This document shows, in pieces, positions 1 to 6,430 of a DNA stretch of 6,430 nucleotides. The translations under genes and the position numbers were made by a program. Numbering within the stretch: the stretch's first letter is position 1; each line of letters starts with the position of its first letter. The DNA comes from a virus (lineage: Duplodnaviria > Heunggongvirae > Uroviricota > Caudoviricetes), in the IMG/VR virus record IMGVR_UViG_2711768008_000001; one strand, given 5' to 3'. The notes below the pieces were generated by a model that was not told the DNA's origin, searched no databases, and saw nothing but the letters and a program-made list of their open reading frames with translations.

Positions 1-22
1 AACTCAGCTCACCGTCGAACAC
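1..22 (-). CDS. T: 5' end of the T reading frame (C-terminal extension of the gpGT tail assembly chaperone fusion); partial, continues beyond the window start
   Basis: The -1 frame relative to G stays open from the slippery site through G's stop to position 1 (GGG AAA GTG TTC GAC GGT GAG CTG AGT ...). Position 22 corresponds to the lambda T start when aligned on the G stop. No independent start codon or RBS is expected because T is made only as a G-T fusion. Confidence 0.5.
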
Positions 23-426
23 TTTCCCGCAGAAACAGGCTCTGCAGGCCCGGCGTCCTCTGCCTGTTCAGGAGCATCATTCACCACAAACTCATACATA
101 CCGGACAGCCGGTACACCACGTTTTCAGCATGAGAAATTGCCTCTGTGGGCCAGGTGGTAAGCACTTCCTGCTCAATCTGTTTAACGGCTTCATTCATGG
201 ACGGCATCTGCGTCTTCTTCGGATGGTTATGCCACAGGGACATCGCAACCACAAAAGCGCCGGTTCTGATGGCGTCTTCCACAGTAAACTTCCGGTTGCT
301 GTCTGACTCCGCCTGTTCTGCCTGCCGTTTCATCAGGTCGAGATGCTCAATACGCTGCAGGGCTGACAGTTCAGAAAGCGTGACGGTCACACCGTTATGT
401 TCAAATGATTCGGTTTTCAGGAACAT
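4..426 (-). CDS. G: Tail assembly chaperone gpG
   Basis: 140 aa ORF (MFLKTESFEHNGVTVTLSELSALQRIEHL...AGKCSTVS) matching lambda G as recalled. ATG at 426 with upstream GGAGAG; TGA at 4-6. Length of 423 nt equals lambda G. Confidence 0.95.
   Translation of the reverse strand: MFLKTESFEHNGVTVTLSELSALQRIEHLDLMKRQAEQAESDSNRKFTVEDAIRTGAFVVAMSLWHNHPKKTQMPSMNEAVKQIEQEVLTTWPTEAISHAENVVYRLSGMYEFVVNDAPEQAEDAGPAEPVSAGKCSTVS
22..28 (-). promoter_or_regulatory. Programmed -1 ribosomal frameshift slippery heptamer G GGA AAG for the G to G-T fusion
   Basis: Plus strand 22-28 is CTTTCCC, so the minus strand reads GGGAAAG. It sits in the G frame as GCG GGA AAG, six codons before the G stop, the same context as the lambda G/GT recoding site. 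Confidence 0.75.
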
Positions 427-441
427 CGCTGACTCTCCGGA

Positions 442-1182
442 TTAACTGGCGGTGACGTTGATTTCTGCAACCGCAGCAAACTCACCATTACCAGATACGA
501 CCGGAATGTTGACCTTGCCTGCAGCAACACCTTTCACGGTGATGGTCATACCACTGACCGACACGGTGGCTTTTGTTTTATCCGCAGACACCGCACGGAA
601 GCTCTTGTCGGTTGCGCCATCCGGCTGGAATGCCACGGTCAGCGTGGTGCTCTGCCCTTTCACTACGGAAGCACTGGCGGGTGTCACCGTCATGCCGGTC
701 GTCGCCGTCACCGTGCTGCGATCTTCTGCCATCGACGGACGTCCCACATTGGTGACCTTCACCGTGCGGGTAATCACCTCCTTCGCCGTCACCGCCTTAC
801 CGATACTGCTGACCCAGCCACGGAACACATCGACCGTGCCGTTCGGGAAGCGGATTTTATAGGCACGGGTATCACCTTCATTAAACCACGCCAGCAGCGC
901 CTGCTGCCCCTGCTCTCCGGGCATCCACGCCAGCGTGAAGCTGGTATCTCCGGCAGATTTCTGCCCCTGCCCGGTCGCAGTCCAGTCCGCATCTTCATCA
1001 TCGAGATAGCTGTCGTCATAGGACTCAGCGGTCAGTTCGCCGGGCGTCAGGTCTTTAACTTTTGCCAGACGCGACCAGTCAACGTCTGAAAGCGGGTTCG
1101 CATAAGGGTCACCGCTCCCCTTATAAACCCACAGGGTGGTCCCGGCACCTTTCACCGGCATTGTAGGATTTGGTACAGGCAT
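442..1182 (-). CDS. V: Major tail tube protein gpV
   Basis: The ORF from internal ATG 1182 ([36 protein letters not shown]...) matches lambda V. GAGGA lies at 1187-1191; TAA at 442-444. Length of 741 nt (246 aa) equals lambda V. The longer ORF-track start at 1212 is rejected. Confidence 0.95.
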   Translation of the reverse strand: MPVPNPTMPVKGAGTTLWVYKGSGDPYANPLSDVDWSRLAKVKDLTPGELTAESYDDSYLDDEDADWTATGQGQKSAGDTSFTLAWMPGEQGQQALLAWFNEGDTRAYKIRFPNGTVDVFRGWVSSIGKAVTAKEVITRTVKVTNVGRPSMAEDRSTVTATTGMTVTPASASVVKGQSTTLTVAFQPDGATDKSFRAVSADKTKATVSVSGMTITVKGVAAGKVNIPVVSGNGEFAAVAEINVTAS

Positions 1183-1189
1183 AGCGTCC

Positions 1190-1442
1190 TCACATTTCAT
1201 AGATAATGACATAAGTCAGATCGGCTGAACTCCACAGGCCCGCATCATCGTCGCGCCGGTAGTCATAGCCGCTGGCCACCATACTGGTGATCAAATCTGA
1301 CAGTGCCGGGATATCGCTCATCACAGGATAAATCCGGGACTCCATCNNNNNNNNNNNNNNNNNNNNNNNNNNNNNNNNNNNNNNNNNNNNNNNNNNNNNN
1401 NNNNNNNNNNNNNNNNNNNNNNNNNNNNNNNNNNNNNTTCAT
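1190..1442 (-). CDS. U: Tail terminator protein gpU, interrupted by the N-run 1347-1437
   Basis: ATG at 1442-1440 overlaps the Z stop as ATGA. Hand translation of the minus strand 1346 to 1190 gives [51 protein letters not shown] then TGA, matching the lambda U C-terminus. The start and the C-terminal fragment are out of frame with each other across the gap. Confidence 0.85.
1347..1437. other. Run of 91 N (assembly gap or masked sequence) inside gene U
   Basis: Seen directly as unbroken N. The flanking U fragments are not in frame across it, so its length is not the true length. Confidence 0.99.
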
Positions 1443-2017
1443 CGCTTTATTACCATTCTCAGTTGATGCTGCAGCGCATAGCCCAGCTCTTTCGGAAGAC
1501 GTTCACGCCGTATCCGTTCAATATTCTGTTTAAACGCCGTGGTCAGCGGCACCGCCATCGGGATTTTCACCACATCAATGGGGTAACGGTTTTTCCCGGC
1601 CACACGCTGCATGACATGCCACCGGCCATTTTTCAGTTGCTGAATAAACGCGCCGGGAATACGACGGTTACCCACCACAAGCACGCTGCCGCCACCTTTC
1701 AGGGATGAACGCTGCCCCTTTTTATGACGCCTGCGGCGGGACAGGACAACCCGCGCATTACCCAGCTTGATTACGGGCAAATCCCCCCGGTTAACTTTGA
1801 TTCTGGCCTGCGGATTTTTGACCGTGGCCCTTTTCAGCCTGGCCCTTTCCTTTACCAGTTTCCGGCGTACCTTTGTCTCACGGGCAACCTGTGACGCAGA
1901 CTGCGATATCGCGGATGAAGCAACGCGGTTAATGGCCATTGCGGCGGCACCGGGCACCGCCGTTTTGCTGATACGGCTGAGGTTTTCAACGGCCTGCTCA
2001 AGACCTTTTATGGCCAT
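1439..2017 (-). CDS. Z: Tail completion protein gpZ
   Basis: 192 aa ORF (MAIKGLEQAVENLSRISKTAVPGAAAMAINRV...) matching lambda Z. ATG at 2017 with upstream AAGGGGGA; TGA at 1439-1441. Length of 579 nt equals lambda Z. Confidence 0.95.
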   Translation of the reverse strand: MAIKGLEQAVENLSRISKTAVPGAAAMAINRVASSAISQSASQVARETKVRRKLVKERARLKRATVKNPQARIKVNRGDLPVIKLGNARVVLSRRRRHKKGQRSSLKGGGSVLVVGNRRIPGAFIQQLKNGRWHVMQRVAGKNRYPIDVVKIPMAVPLTTAFKQNIERIRRERLPKELGYALQHQLRMVIKR

Positions 2018-2028
2018 ACATCCCCCTT

Positions 2029-2382
2029 TCAGCGGCGACGGTTAACGGCAGGCGGTACGCCCCGTCCAAGCCAGAGATGACAACTTCCGCCATCATCCGG
2101 CGAAACCCGATCTACCCAGAAATTTTCCTCACCGATGGTCAGCGTGTCTCCACGCCGCAGCTGCCGCACCTCATCAGTCCGGACAAACAGGGACGGGCTG
2201 GAGCCTTCAACGCGCACGCCCTGTCCGGCATAGCTGATATTTTCAGGGTCATCAAAAACACCACGTATCACCGCACCTGACTGCTCACCGGATGTCATGG
2301 TGGCTGACGTTCCCATGTACCCGCGTATCGTTTCATCGGCGCGGGCAATGGCAGCATCGAACAGGTTATCGAAATCAGCCAC
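2029..2382 (-). CDS. FII: Head-tail connector / head completion protein gpFII
   Basis: 117 aa ORF (MADFDNLFDAAIARADETIRGYMG...) matching lambda FII. The start codon read from the sequence is GTG at 2382-2380, preceded by GGGAGG; TGA at 2029-2031. Confidence 0.93.
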   Translation of the reverse strand: MADFDNLFDAAIARADETIRGYMGTSATMTSGEQSGAVIRGVFDDPENISYAGQGVRVEGSSPSLFVRTDEVRQLRRGDTLTIGEENFWVDRVSPDDGGSCHLWLGRGVPPAVNRRR

Positions 2383-2393
2383 AGCGCCTCCCG

Positions 2394-2792
2394 TTATTGC
2401 ATTCTGGCCAGGCCGCGCTCTGTCATTTCGGCTGCCACACCGGCAGAGACACGAAACGCCGTTCCCGGCAGCACAAATGCCACAGGTTTATCCCGCGTGG
2501 CGTGAAGTGCATCAGTATGCAGCGTCACCAGTGCCACGACCGTGACCAGTTCAGCCGTATCCTGAATCACGGTATCCGGCTGCGCTGATACCACCTCATT
2601 TTCATGCCCGGTCAGCACATTTTCCCGGCTGAGAGGGGTGTCCTGACCGGCAGTTTCATCCGTGTCATCAAGCTCTTCTTCCAGCTCTGCCACACGAAGC
2701 GCCAGTTCTTCTTTCGTTCCCGTCAAACTGACATCGCGGTTCAATTGCTCACCCAGCTCCTGAAGACGGGCAATCAGTTCATCTTTCGTCAT
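2394..2792 (-). CDS. FI: DNA packaging protein gpFI
   Basis: The ORF from ATG 2792 (MTKDELIARLQELGEQLNRDVSLTGTKEELALRVAELEEELDD...) matches lambda FI at 132 aa. GGAGGAG at 2796-2802; TAA at 2394-2396. The upstream ORF-track start at 2831 is rejected. Confidence 0.93.
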   Translation of the reverse strand: MTKDELIARLQELGEQLNRDVSLTGTKEELALRVAELEEELDDTDETAGQDTPLSRENVLTGHENEVVSAQPDTVIQDTAELVTVVALVTLHTDALHATRDKPVAFVLPGTAFRVSAGVAAEMTERGLARMQ

Positions 2793-2833
2793 GAACTCCT
2801 CCACAGAGAGAAAATGGCCCCGAAGGGCCATGA

Positions 2834-3859
2834 TTACGCCAGTTGAACGGACACGAACTCATCAGGATCAGCCAGCAGCATCAGCGGTGCTGACTGAATC
2901 ATGGTGAACTCACGCGCCGGATCGCCGGTGGTCACCCAGTTTTTCGGGTAACGGGCAGAAGCGTTAATGCCTTCGCGCTGTGCGTCCGCATCCTGAATGC
3001 AGCCATAGGTGCGCAGACCGCGAGCCTGAGTGTTCCCCAGCACCATCGTGTTGTCCGGCAGGAAGTTCTTTTTGACGCCGTTTTCCACGTACTGTCCGGA
3101 ATACACGACGATGGCCACATCGCCATACATTCCCTTATAGGACACCGCTTTGCCCAGGTCTTTTACCGCTGTCTCCAGCTCGGAATGAGAGCCGCGACGG
3201 GTATCCAGCTTCTCCTTGACGGCTTTGAAGGAACGGAACAGCGCCCAGCCTTTCGGGTCAAACACGATGATATTCACCACACCGCTGGCGTTCAGCGCGT
3301 AGGCTTCGATATCGTCGGTCGGGTCATACGTGGACTTGTCACGCTTGCTCCACTCCGTACCGCCGGACTGCGTGATGTTGTTCGCCGCACTGCGGCCCAT
3401 ATCCACCTCAACCGGATCGAAGGCTTCACCGGTCATGGTGTATTTGCCCTTGAGCACGGCAGAAACTGCCTGCATCTCTTCGACCTGAGCAATGGCCAGC
3501 TCTTCGTCACGCATGTTCTGCATGATGATGCGACGGCGGCGGTAAGCCGGGTCCGCCAGATTCTGCGGATCTTCATCCGGCAGGCGACGCAGGGTCATCT
3601 GCGGATTCACCTCATGCTTGGGTTTGACATATCCCGGCGTAAATTCAGAGGTGGAGCCGCCACGGGAACGGATAACCTCACCGGAAACAATCGGCGAAAC
3701 GTACAGCGCCATGTTTACCAGTCCCGGAATTTGTGAGAGATAGACTTTCTCCGTGGTGAAGGGATAGCTCTCACGGAAAAAGAGACGCAGAAACAGCGGA
3801 TCAAACTTAAATTTCTGCTCATTTGCCGCCAGCAGCTGGGCGGTTGTGTACATCGACAT
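2834..3859 (-). CDS. E: Major capsid protein gpE
   Basis: The ORF from ATG 3859 (MSMYTTAQLLAANEQKFKFDPLFLRLFFRESYPF...DPDEFVSVQLA) gives 341 aa, equal to lambda E. The upstream in-frame ATG at 3886 is rejected as an ORF-caller extension. Confidence 0.95.
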   Translation of the reverse strand: MSMYTTAQLLAANEQKFKFDPLFLRLFFRESYPFTTEKVYLSQIPGLVNMALYVSPIVSGEVIRSRGGSTSEFTPGYVKPKHEVNPQMTLRRLPDEDPQNLADPAYRRRRIIMQNMRDEELAIAQVEEMQAVSAVLKGKYTMTGEAFDPVEVDMGRSAANNITQSGGTEWSKRDKSTYDPTDDIEAYALNASGVVNIIVFDPKGWALFRSFKAVKEKLDTRRGSHSELETAVKDLGKAVSYKGMYGDVAIVVYSGQYVENGVKKNFLPDNTMVLGNTQARGLRTYGCIQDADAQREGINASARYPKNWVTTGDPAREFTMIQSAPLMLLADPDEFVSVQLA

Positions 3860-3914
3860 AAAAAAATCCCGTAAAAAAAGCCACACAGGCGGCCTTTAGT
3901 GATGAAGGGTAAAG

Positions 3915-4247
3915 TTAAACGATGCTGATTGCCGTTCCGGCAAACACGGTCCGTTTTTTCGTCTCGTCGCTGGCAGCCTCCGGCCAGAGCACATCCTCAT
4001 AACGGAACGTGCCGGACTTGTAGAACGTCAGTGTGGTGCTGGTCTGGTCAGCAGCAACCGCAAGAATGCCAACGGCAGCACCGTCGGTGGTGCCATCCCA
4101 CGCAACCAGCTTACGGGTGGAGGTGTCCAGCATCAGCGGGGTCATTGCAGGCGCTTTCGCACTCAATCCGCCGGGCGCGGTTGCGGTATGAGCCGGGTCA
4201 CTGTTGCCCAGCGGCTGGTAATGGGTAAAGGTTTCTTTGCTCGTCAT
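3915..4247 (-). CDS. D: Head decoration protein gpD
   Basis: ATG at 4247 ([41 protein letters not shown]...AGTAISIV) gives 110 aa, equal to lambda D, with AAGGGA upstream; TAA at 3915-3917. It lies 10 nt after the C/Nu3 stop, as in lambda. Confidence 0.95.
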   Translation of the reverse strand: MTSKETFTHYQPLGNSDPAHTATAPGGLSAKAPAMTPLMLDTSTRKLVAWDGTTDGAAVGILAVAADQTSTTLTFYKSGTFRYEDVLWPEAASDETKKRTVFAGTAISIV

Positions 4248-4256
4248 AAACATCCC

Positions 4257-4703
4257 TTACACTGGTGTGTTCAGCAAATCGTTAACGGCATCAGATGCCG
4301 GGTTACCTGCAGCCAGCGGTGCCGGTGCCCCCTGCATCAGACGATCCAGCGCAGTGTCACTGCGCGTCTGTGCACTCTGTGGTGCTGCGGCCAGAATACG
4401 GCGGGCCGTTTCCACGGTCATACCGGGGGTTTCGGCCAGCACGCGTGCCTGTTCTTCGCGTCCGTGAGCCTCCTCACAGTTGAGGATCCCCATAATGCGA
4501 CTGTTTTCTGCCGCAACCGCTGCGGTGATCTGCGCGTTCACGTCCGGCTGCGCCGCGCTGGCGTTCTCGCCCTCCGTCGCTTGCACCACGCCAGTAACGT
4601 CAGCCTGCGAAGCAGTGGCTGAAACAGTTGTTGATTGAGTCTCTTTGGTCATTCGCCCTCCTGAGAGACGGGATTTACGTGCATCCAGTGCATCACGCAT
4701 GAC
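4257..4703 (-). CDS. Nu3: Capsid scaffolding protein Nu3, C-terminal portion, in frame with and identical to the C-terminus of gpC; start lies in the N-run
   Basis: The frame is open from the gap edge at 4703 (VMRDALDARKSRLSGGRMTKETQSTTVSATASQADVTG...DAVNDLLNTPV) to TAA at 4257-4259. It matches the shared C/Nu3 C-terminus of lambda. The roughly 201 aa Nu3 would start upstream of the 148 visible codons, inside the gap. Confidence 0.8.
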   Translation of the reverse strand, partial: VMRDALDARKSRLSGGRMTKETQSTTVSATASQADVTGVVQATEGENASAAQPDVNAQITAAVAAENSRIMGILNCEEAHGREEQARVLAETPGMTVETARRILAAAPQSAQTRSDTALDRLMQGAPAPLAAGNPASDAVNDLLNTPV

Positions 4704-5454
4704 NNNNNNNNNNNNNNNNNNNNNNNNNNNNNNNNNNNNNNNNNNNNNNNNNNNNNNNNNNNNNNNNNNNNNNNNNNNNNNNNNNNNNNNNNNNNNNNNN
4801 NNNNNNNNNNNNNNNNNNNNNNNNNNNNNNNNNNNNNNNNNNNNNNNNNNNNNNNNNNNNNNNNNNNNNNNNNNNNNNNNNNNNNNNNNNNNNNNNNNNN
4901 NNNNNNNNNNNNNNNNNNNNNNNNNNNNNNNNNNNNNNNNNNNNNNNNNNNNNNNNNNNNNNNNNNNNNNNATTGGCCAGCGCCCATACCGGCTTTATGT
5001 CACGCACACGGGCGATGATGTCAGCGCAGTCAAATGCTCCCGCCACCATTCCGCCCGGTGTGTCCATATCGAGCAGAATGCCGTCCACCATCGGGTCGCT
5101 GGCAGCCTGTTGCAGACGGGCGATAATGCCGTTGTAACCGGTCATCCCCGAGTACGGCTGCAGCGCCCGCGTCCGGCTGACCAGCGTGCCGGACACCGGC
5201 AGCACGGCGATGCCGTTCATTACCTGATAACTGCGGGCCTGTCGTGGTCCGTCATCATCACCGGATAACGCCAGCGCCGCGGGTGCCTCTCCGGCAGTCA
5301 GGCTGTCGCCGGATACTGCATCCGTCAGGCAGCTGATCCCAAGCTGGCCTGCAAGCGCACAAAAGAAAACCCGCGCATAGGCGGGTTCAAGCATCAGCGG
5401 CTCATTAAAAGCCATGCTGGCAATATGCGGGAGATTACGCAGCTCTGCTGTCAC
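4257..5454 (-). CDS. C: Prohead protease / minor capsid protein gpC (S49 peptidase family), interrupted by the N-run 4704-4971
   Basis: GTG start at 5454-5452 preceded by GGAGG at 5461-5465. The N-terminal 161 aa (TAELRNLPHIASMAFNEPLMLEPAYARVFFCALAGQLG...IKPVWALAN) match lambda C and the C-terminal fragment resumes after the gap. The two fragments are not in frame with each other across the gap. Confidence 0.88.
4704..4971. other. Run of 268 N (assembly gap or masked sequence) inside gene C / Nu3
   Basis: Seen directly as unbroken N. The flanking C fragments are in different frames, and the span is about 120 nt shorter than the recalled lambda C length would require. Confidence 0.99.
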
Positions 5455-6430
5455 TCTTCTCCTCCTCTGTTGATTGTCGCAGCCCGGATTCAAATGCCGC
5501 AGCCGCCCAGGCGGGCGGTTTAAGACCAGCTGCGCGGCGCTCCATCGTTTCACGGACCTGCTGGGCAAAAATTTCCTGATAGTCGTCACCGCGTTTCGCG
5601 CACTCTTTCTCGTAGGTGCTCAGTCCGGCTTCTATCAGCATCACCGCTTCCTGAACTTCTTTCAGACCATCGATGGCCATACGACCGGAGCCTATCCAGT
5701 CGCAGTTCCCCCAGGCACTGCGGGCTTCCTGAAAACTGAAGCGCGCTTTTGAAGGTAACGTCACCACGCGGCGAACGATGGCCTCTTCCAGCCAGCACAG
5801 AAACATCTGGCTCGCCTGACGGGATGCGACGAATTTTCGCCGCCCCATAAAGTACGCCCACGACTCGTTCGCACTGGCCCGTGCCGTGGAGTAGCTCATC
5901 TGGGCGTAATTCCGGGAAAGTTGCTCATACGAGACACCCAGCCCGGCAGCGATATACCGCAACAGTGACTGCTCAAACACGGAGTAGCCGTTATCCGTGT
6001 CCTGAGCCGTCTGCAGGTTCAGTGAGTCCCCCGGCATCAGGTGCGGCACTTTTGCGCCTCCCAGACGGACCGGTGCTGCGGCGTAATACGCGGCAATTTC
6101 ACCAATCCAGCCCGTCAGCCTTTCCCGCTGCTCCTTACTGTTCGCGCCCAGAATAAAATCCATCGCTGACTGCGTATCCAGCTCACTTTCAATGGTGGCG
6201 GCATACATCGCCTTCACAATGGCGCTCTGCAGCTGCGTGTTCTGCAGCGTGTCGAGCATCTTCATCTGCTCCATTACGCTGTAAAACACATTTGCACCGC
6301 GGGTCTGCCCGTCCTCCACGGGTTCAAAAACGTGAATGAACGAGGCGCGCCCGCCGGGTAACTCACGGGGTATCCATGTCCATTTCTGCGGCATCCAGCC
6401 AGGATAGCCGTCCTCGCTGACGTAATATCC
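5435..6430 (-). CDS. B: Portal protein gpB, C-terminal 331 codons; N-terminus beyond the window end
   Basis: The frame is open from the window edge at 6430 to TAA at 5435-5437 (...GYYVSEDGYPGWMPQKWTWIPRELPGGRASFIHVFEPVEDGQTRGANVFYSVMEQMKMLD...STEEEKSDSRAA), matching lambda B. It overlaps the C start by 20 nt, as in lambda. Confidence 0.93.
   Translation of the reverse strand, partial: GYYVSEDGYPGWMPQKWTWIPRELPGGRASFIHVFEPVEDGQTRGANVFYSVMEQMKMLDTLQNTQLQSAIVKAMYAATIESELDTQSAMDFILGANSKEQRERLTGWIGEIAAYYAAAPVRLGGAKVPHLMPGDSLNLQTAQDTDNGYSVFEQSLLRYIAAGLGVSYEQLSRNYAQMSYSTARASANESWAYFMGRRKFVASRQASQMFLCWLEEAIVRRVVTLPSKARFSFQEARSAWGNCDWIGSGRMAIDGLKEVQEAVMLIEAGLSTYEKECAKRGDDYQEIFAQQVRETMERRAAGLKPPAWAAAAFESGLRQSTEEEKSDSRAA

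Noticed and set aside
146-445. 99 aa plus-strand ORF antisense to G
   Set aside because: Antisense to gpG; a chance ORF.
452-862. 136 aa plus-strand ORF (and 573-755) antisense to V
   Set aside because: It lies inside the major tail gene on the other strand and has no supporting signal.
1183-1212. Upstream start extending V to 256 aa
   Set aside because: It would overlap the U C-terminus by 23 nt. ATG 1182 has a GAGGA RBS and reproduces the lambda V N-terminus.
2793-2831. Upstream start extending FI to 145 aa
   Set aside because: ATG 2792 with GGAGGAG upstream reproduces the lambda FI N-terminus (MTKDEL); the extension has no RBS.
3185-3736. 183 aa plus-strand ORF antisense to E
   Set aside because: It lies entirely within the strongly supported major capsid gene on the opposite strand and has no recognisable RBS or homology. 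Long antisense ORFs are expected by chance in GC-rich, codon-biased coding sequence.
3860-3886. Upstream in-frame ATG extending E to 350 aa
   Set aside because: The homology-supported start is ATG 3859 (MSMYTT), giving the lambda length of 341 aa. The extension would run through the T-rich D-E spacer with no RBS.
4188-4622. 144 aa plus-strand ORF (and nested 4237-4467, 4295-4483) antisense to D and C/Nu3
   Set aside because: It is antisense to well-supported genes, Cys/Arg-rich and low-complexity, with no start context.
4645-5268. ORFs translated through the N-runs (4645-5268 plus, 4649-4987 minus, 1303-1533 plus, and the X-containing part of 4693-5589)
   Set aside because: The X residues come from translating N. 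These are artefacts of the gap, not evidence of coding sequence.
5455-5589. Upstream ATG extending C by 45 codons
   Set aside because: It would overlap B by about 155 nt. GTG 5454 has a canonical GGAGG and gives the lambda C N-terminus and the 20 nt B/C overlap.
5586-5861. Alternative-frame minus-strand ORFs inside B (5586-5861), V (789-1019) and E (2932-3126), and plus-strand ORFs 5474-5752 and 5881-6156
   Set aside because: They are embedded out of frame in, or antisense to, confidently assigned genes and are Arg/Ser/Pro-rich low-complexity translations typical of off-frame reading.
1-6430. Search for a defence system, toxin-antitoxin pair, CRISPR array, tRNA, integrase or other accessory cargo
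   Set aside because: No direct repeats with spacers, no tRNA-like structure and no unassigned ORF of meaningful size were seen. Every substantial ORF is a lambda morphogenesis gene, so there is no room for an inserted moron in the visible sequence. The two N-runs are the only places where something could be hidden.

Overview
This window is a contiguous piece of the late morphogenetic (head and tail) operon of phage lambda or a very close lambdoid prophage, with every gene on the minus strand. I did not find an undescribed system; all substantial ORFs are accounted for by known lambda structural genes. Reading from high to low coordinates the order is B (portal, 5' end outside the window), C (prohead protease/scaffold, with in-frame nested Nu3), D, E, FI, FII, Z, U, V, G, and the first codons of the T frame reached by the G-T -1 frameshift. 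The translated ORFs match lambda proteins as I recall them, at or near identity, with lambda-like gene lengths and intergenic spacings. Two N-runs (1347-1437 and 4704-4971) interrupt U and C/Nu3; the reading frame does not carry across either, so they are gaps of unknown true size. Points worth a second look are the GGGAAAG slippery site, the GTG starts of C and FII, the overlapping gene junctions, and a hairpin plus U-tract between D and E. All homology statements rest on recalled lambda protein sequences and were not checked by search.
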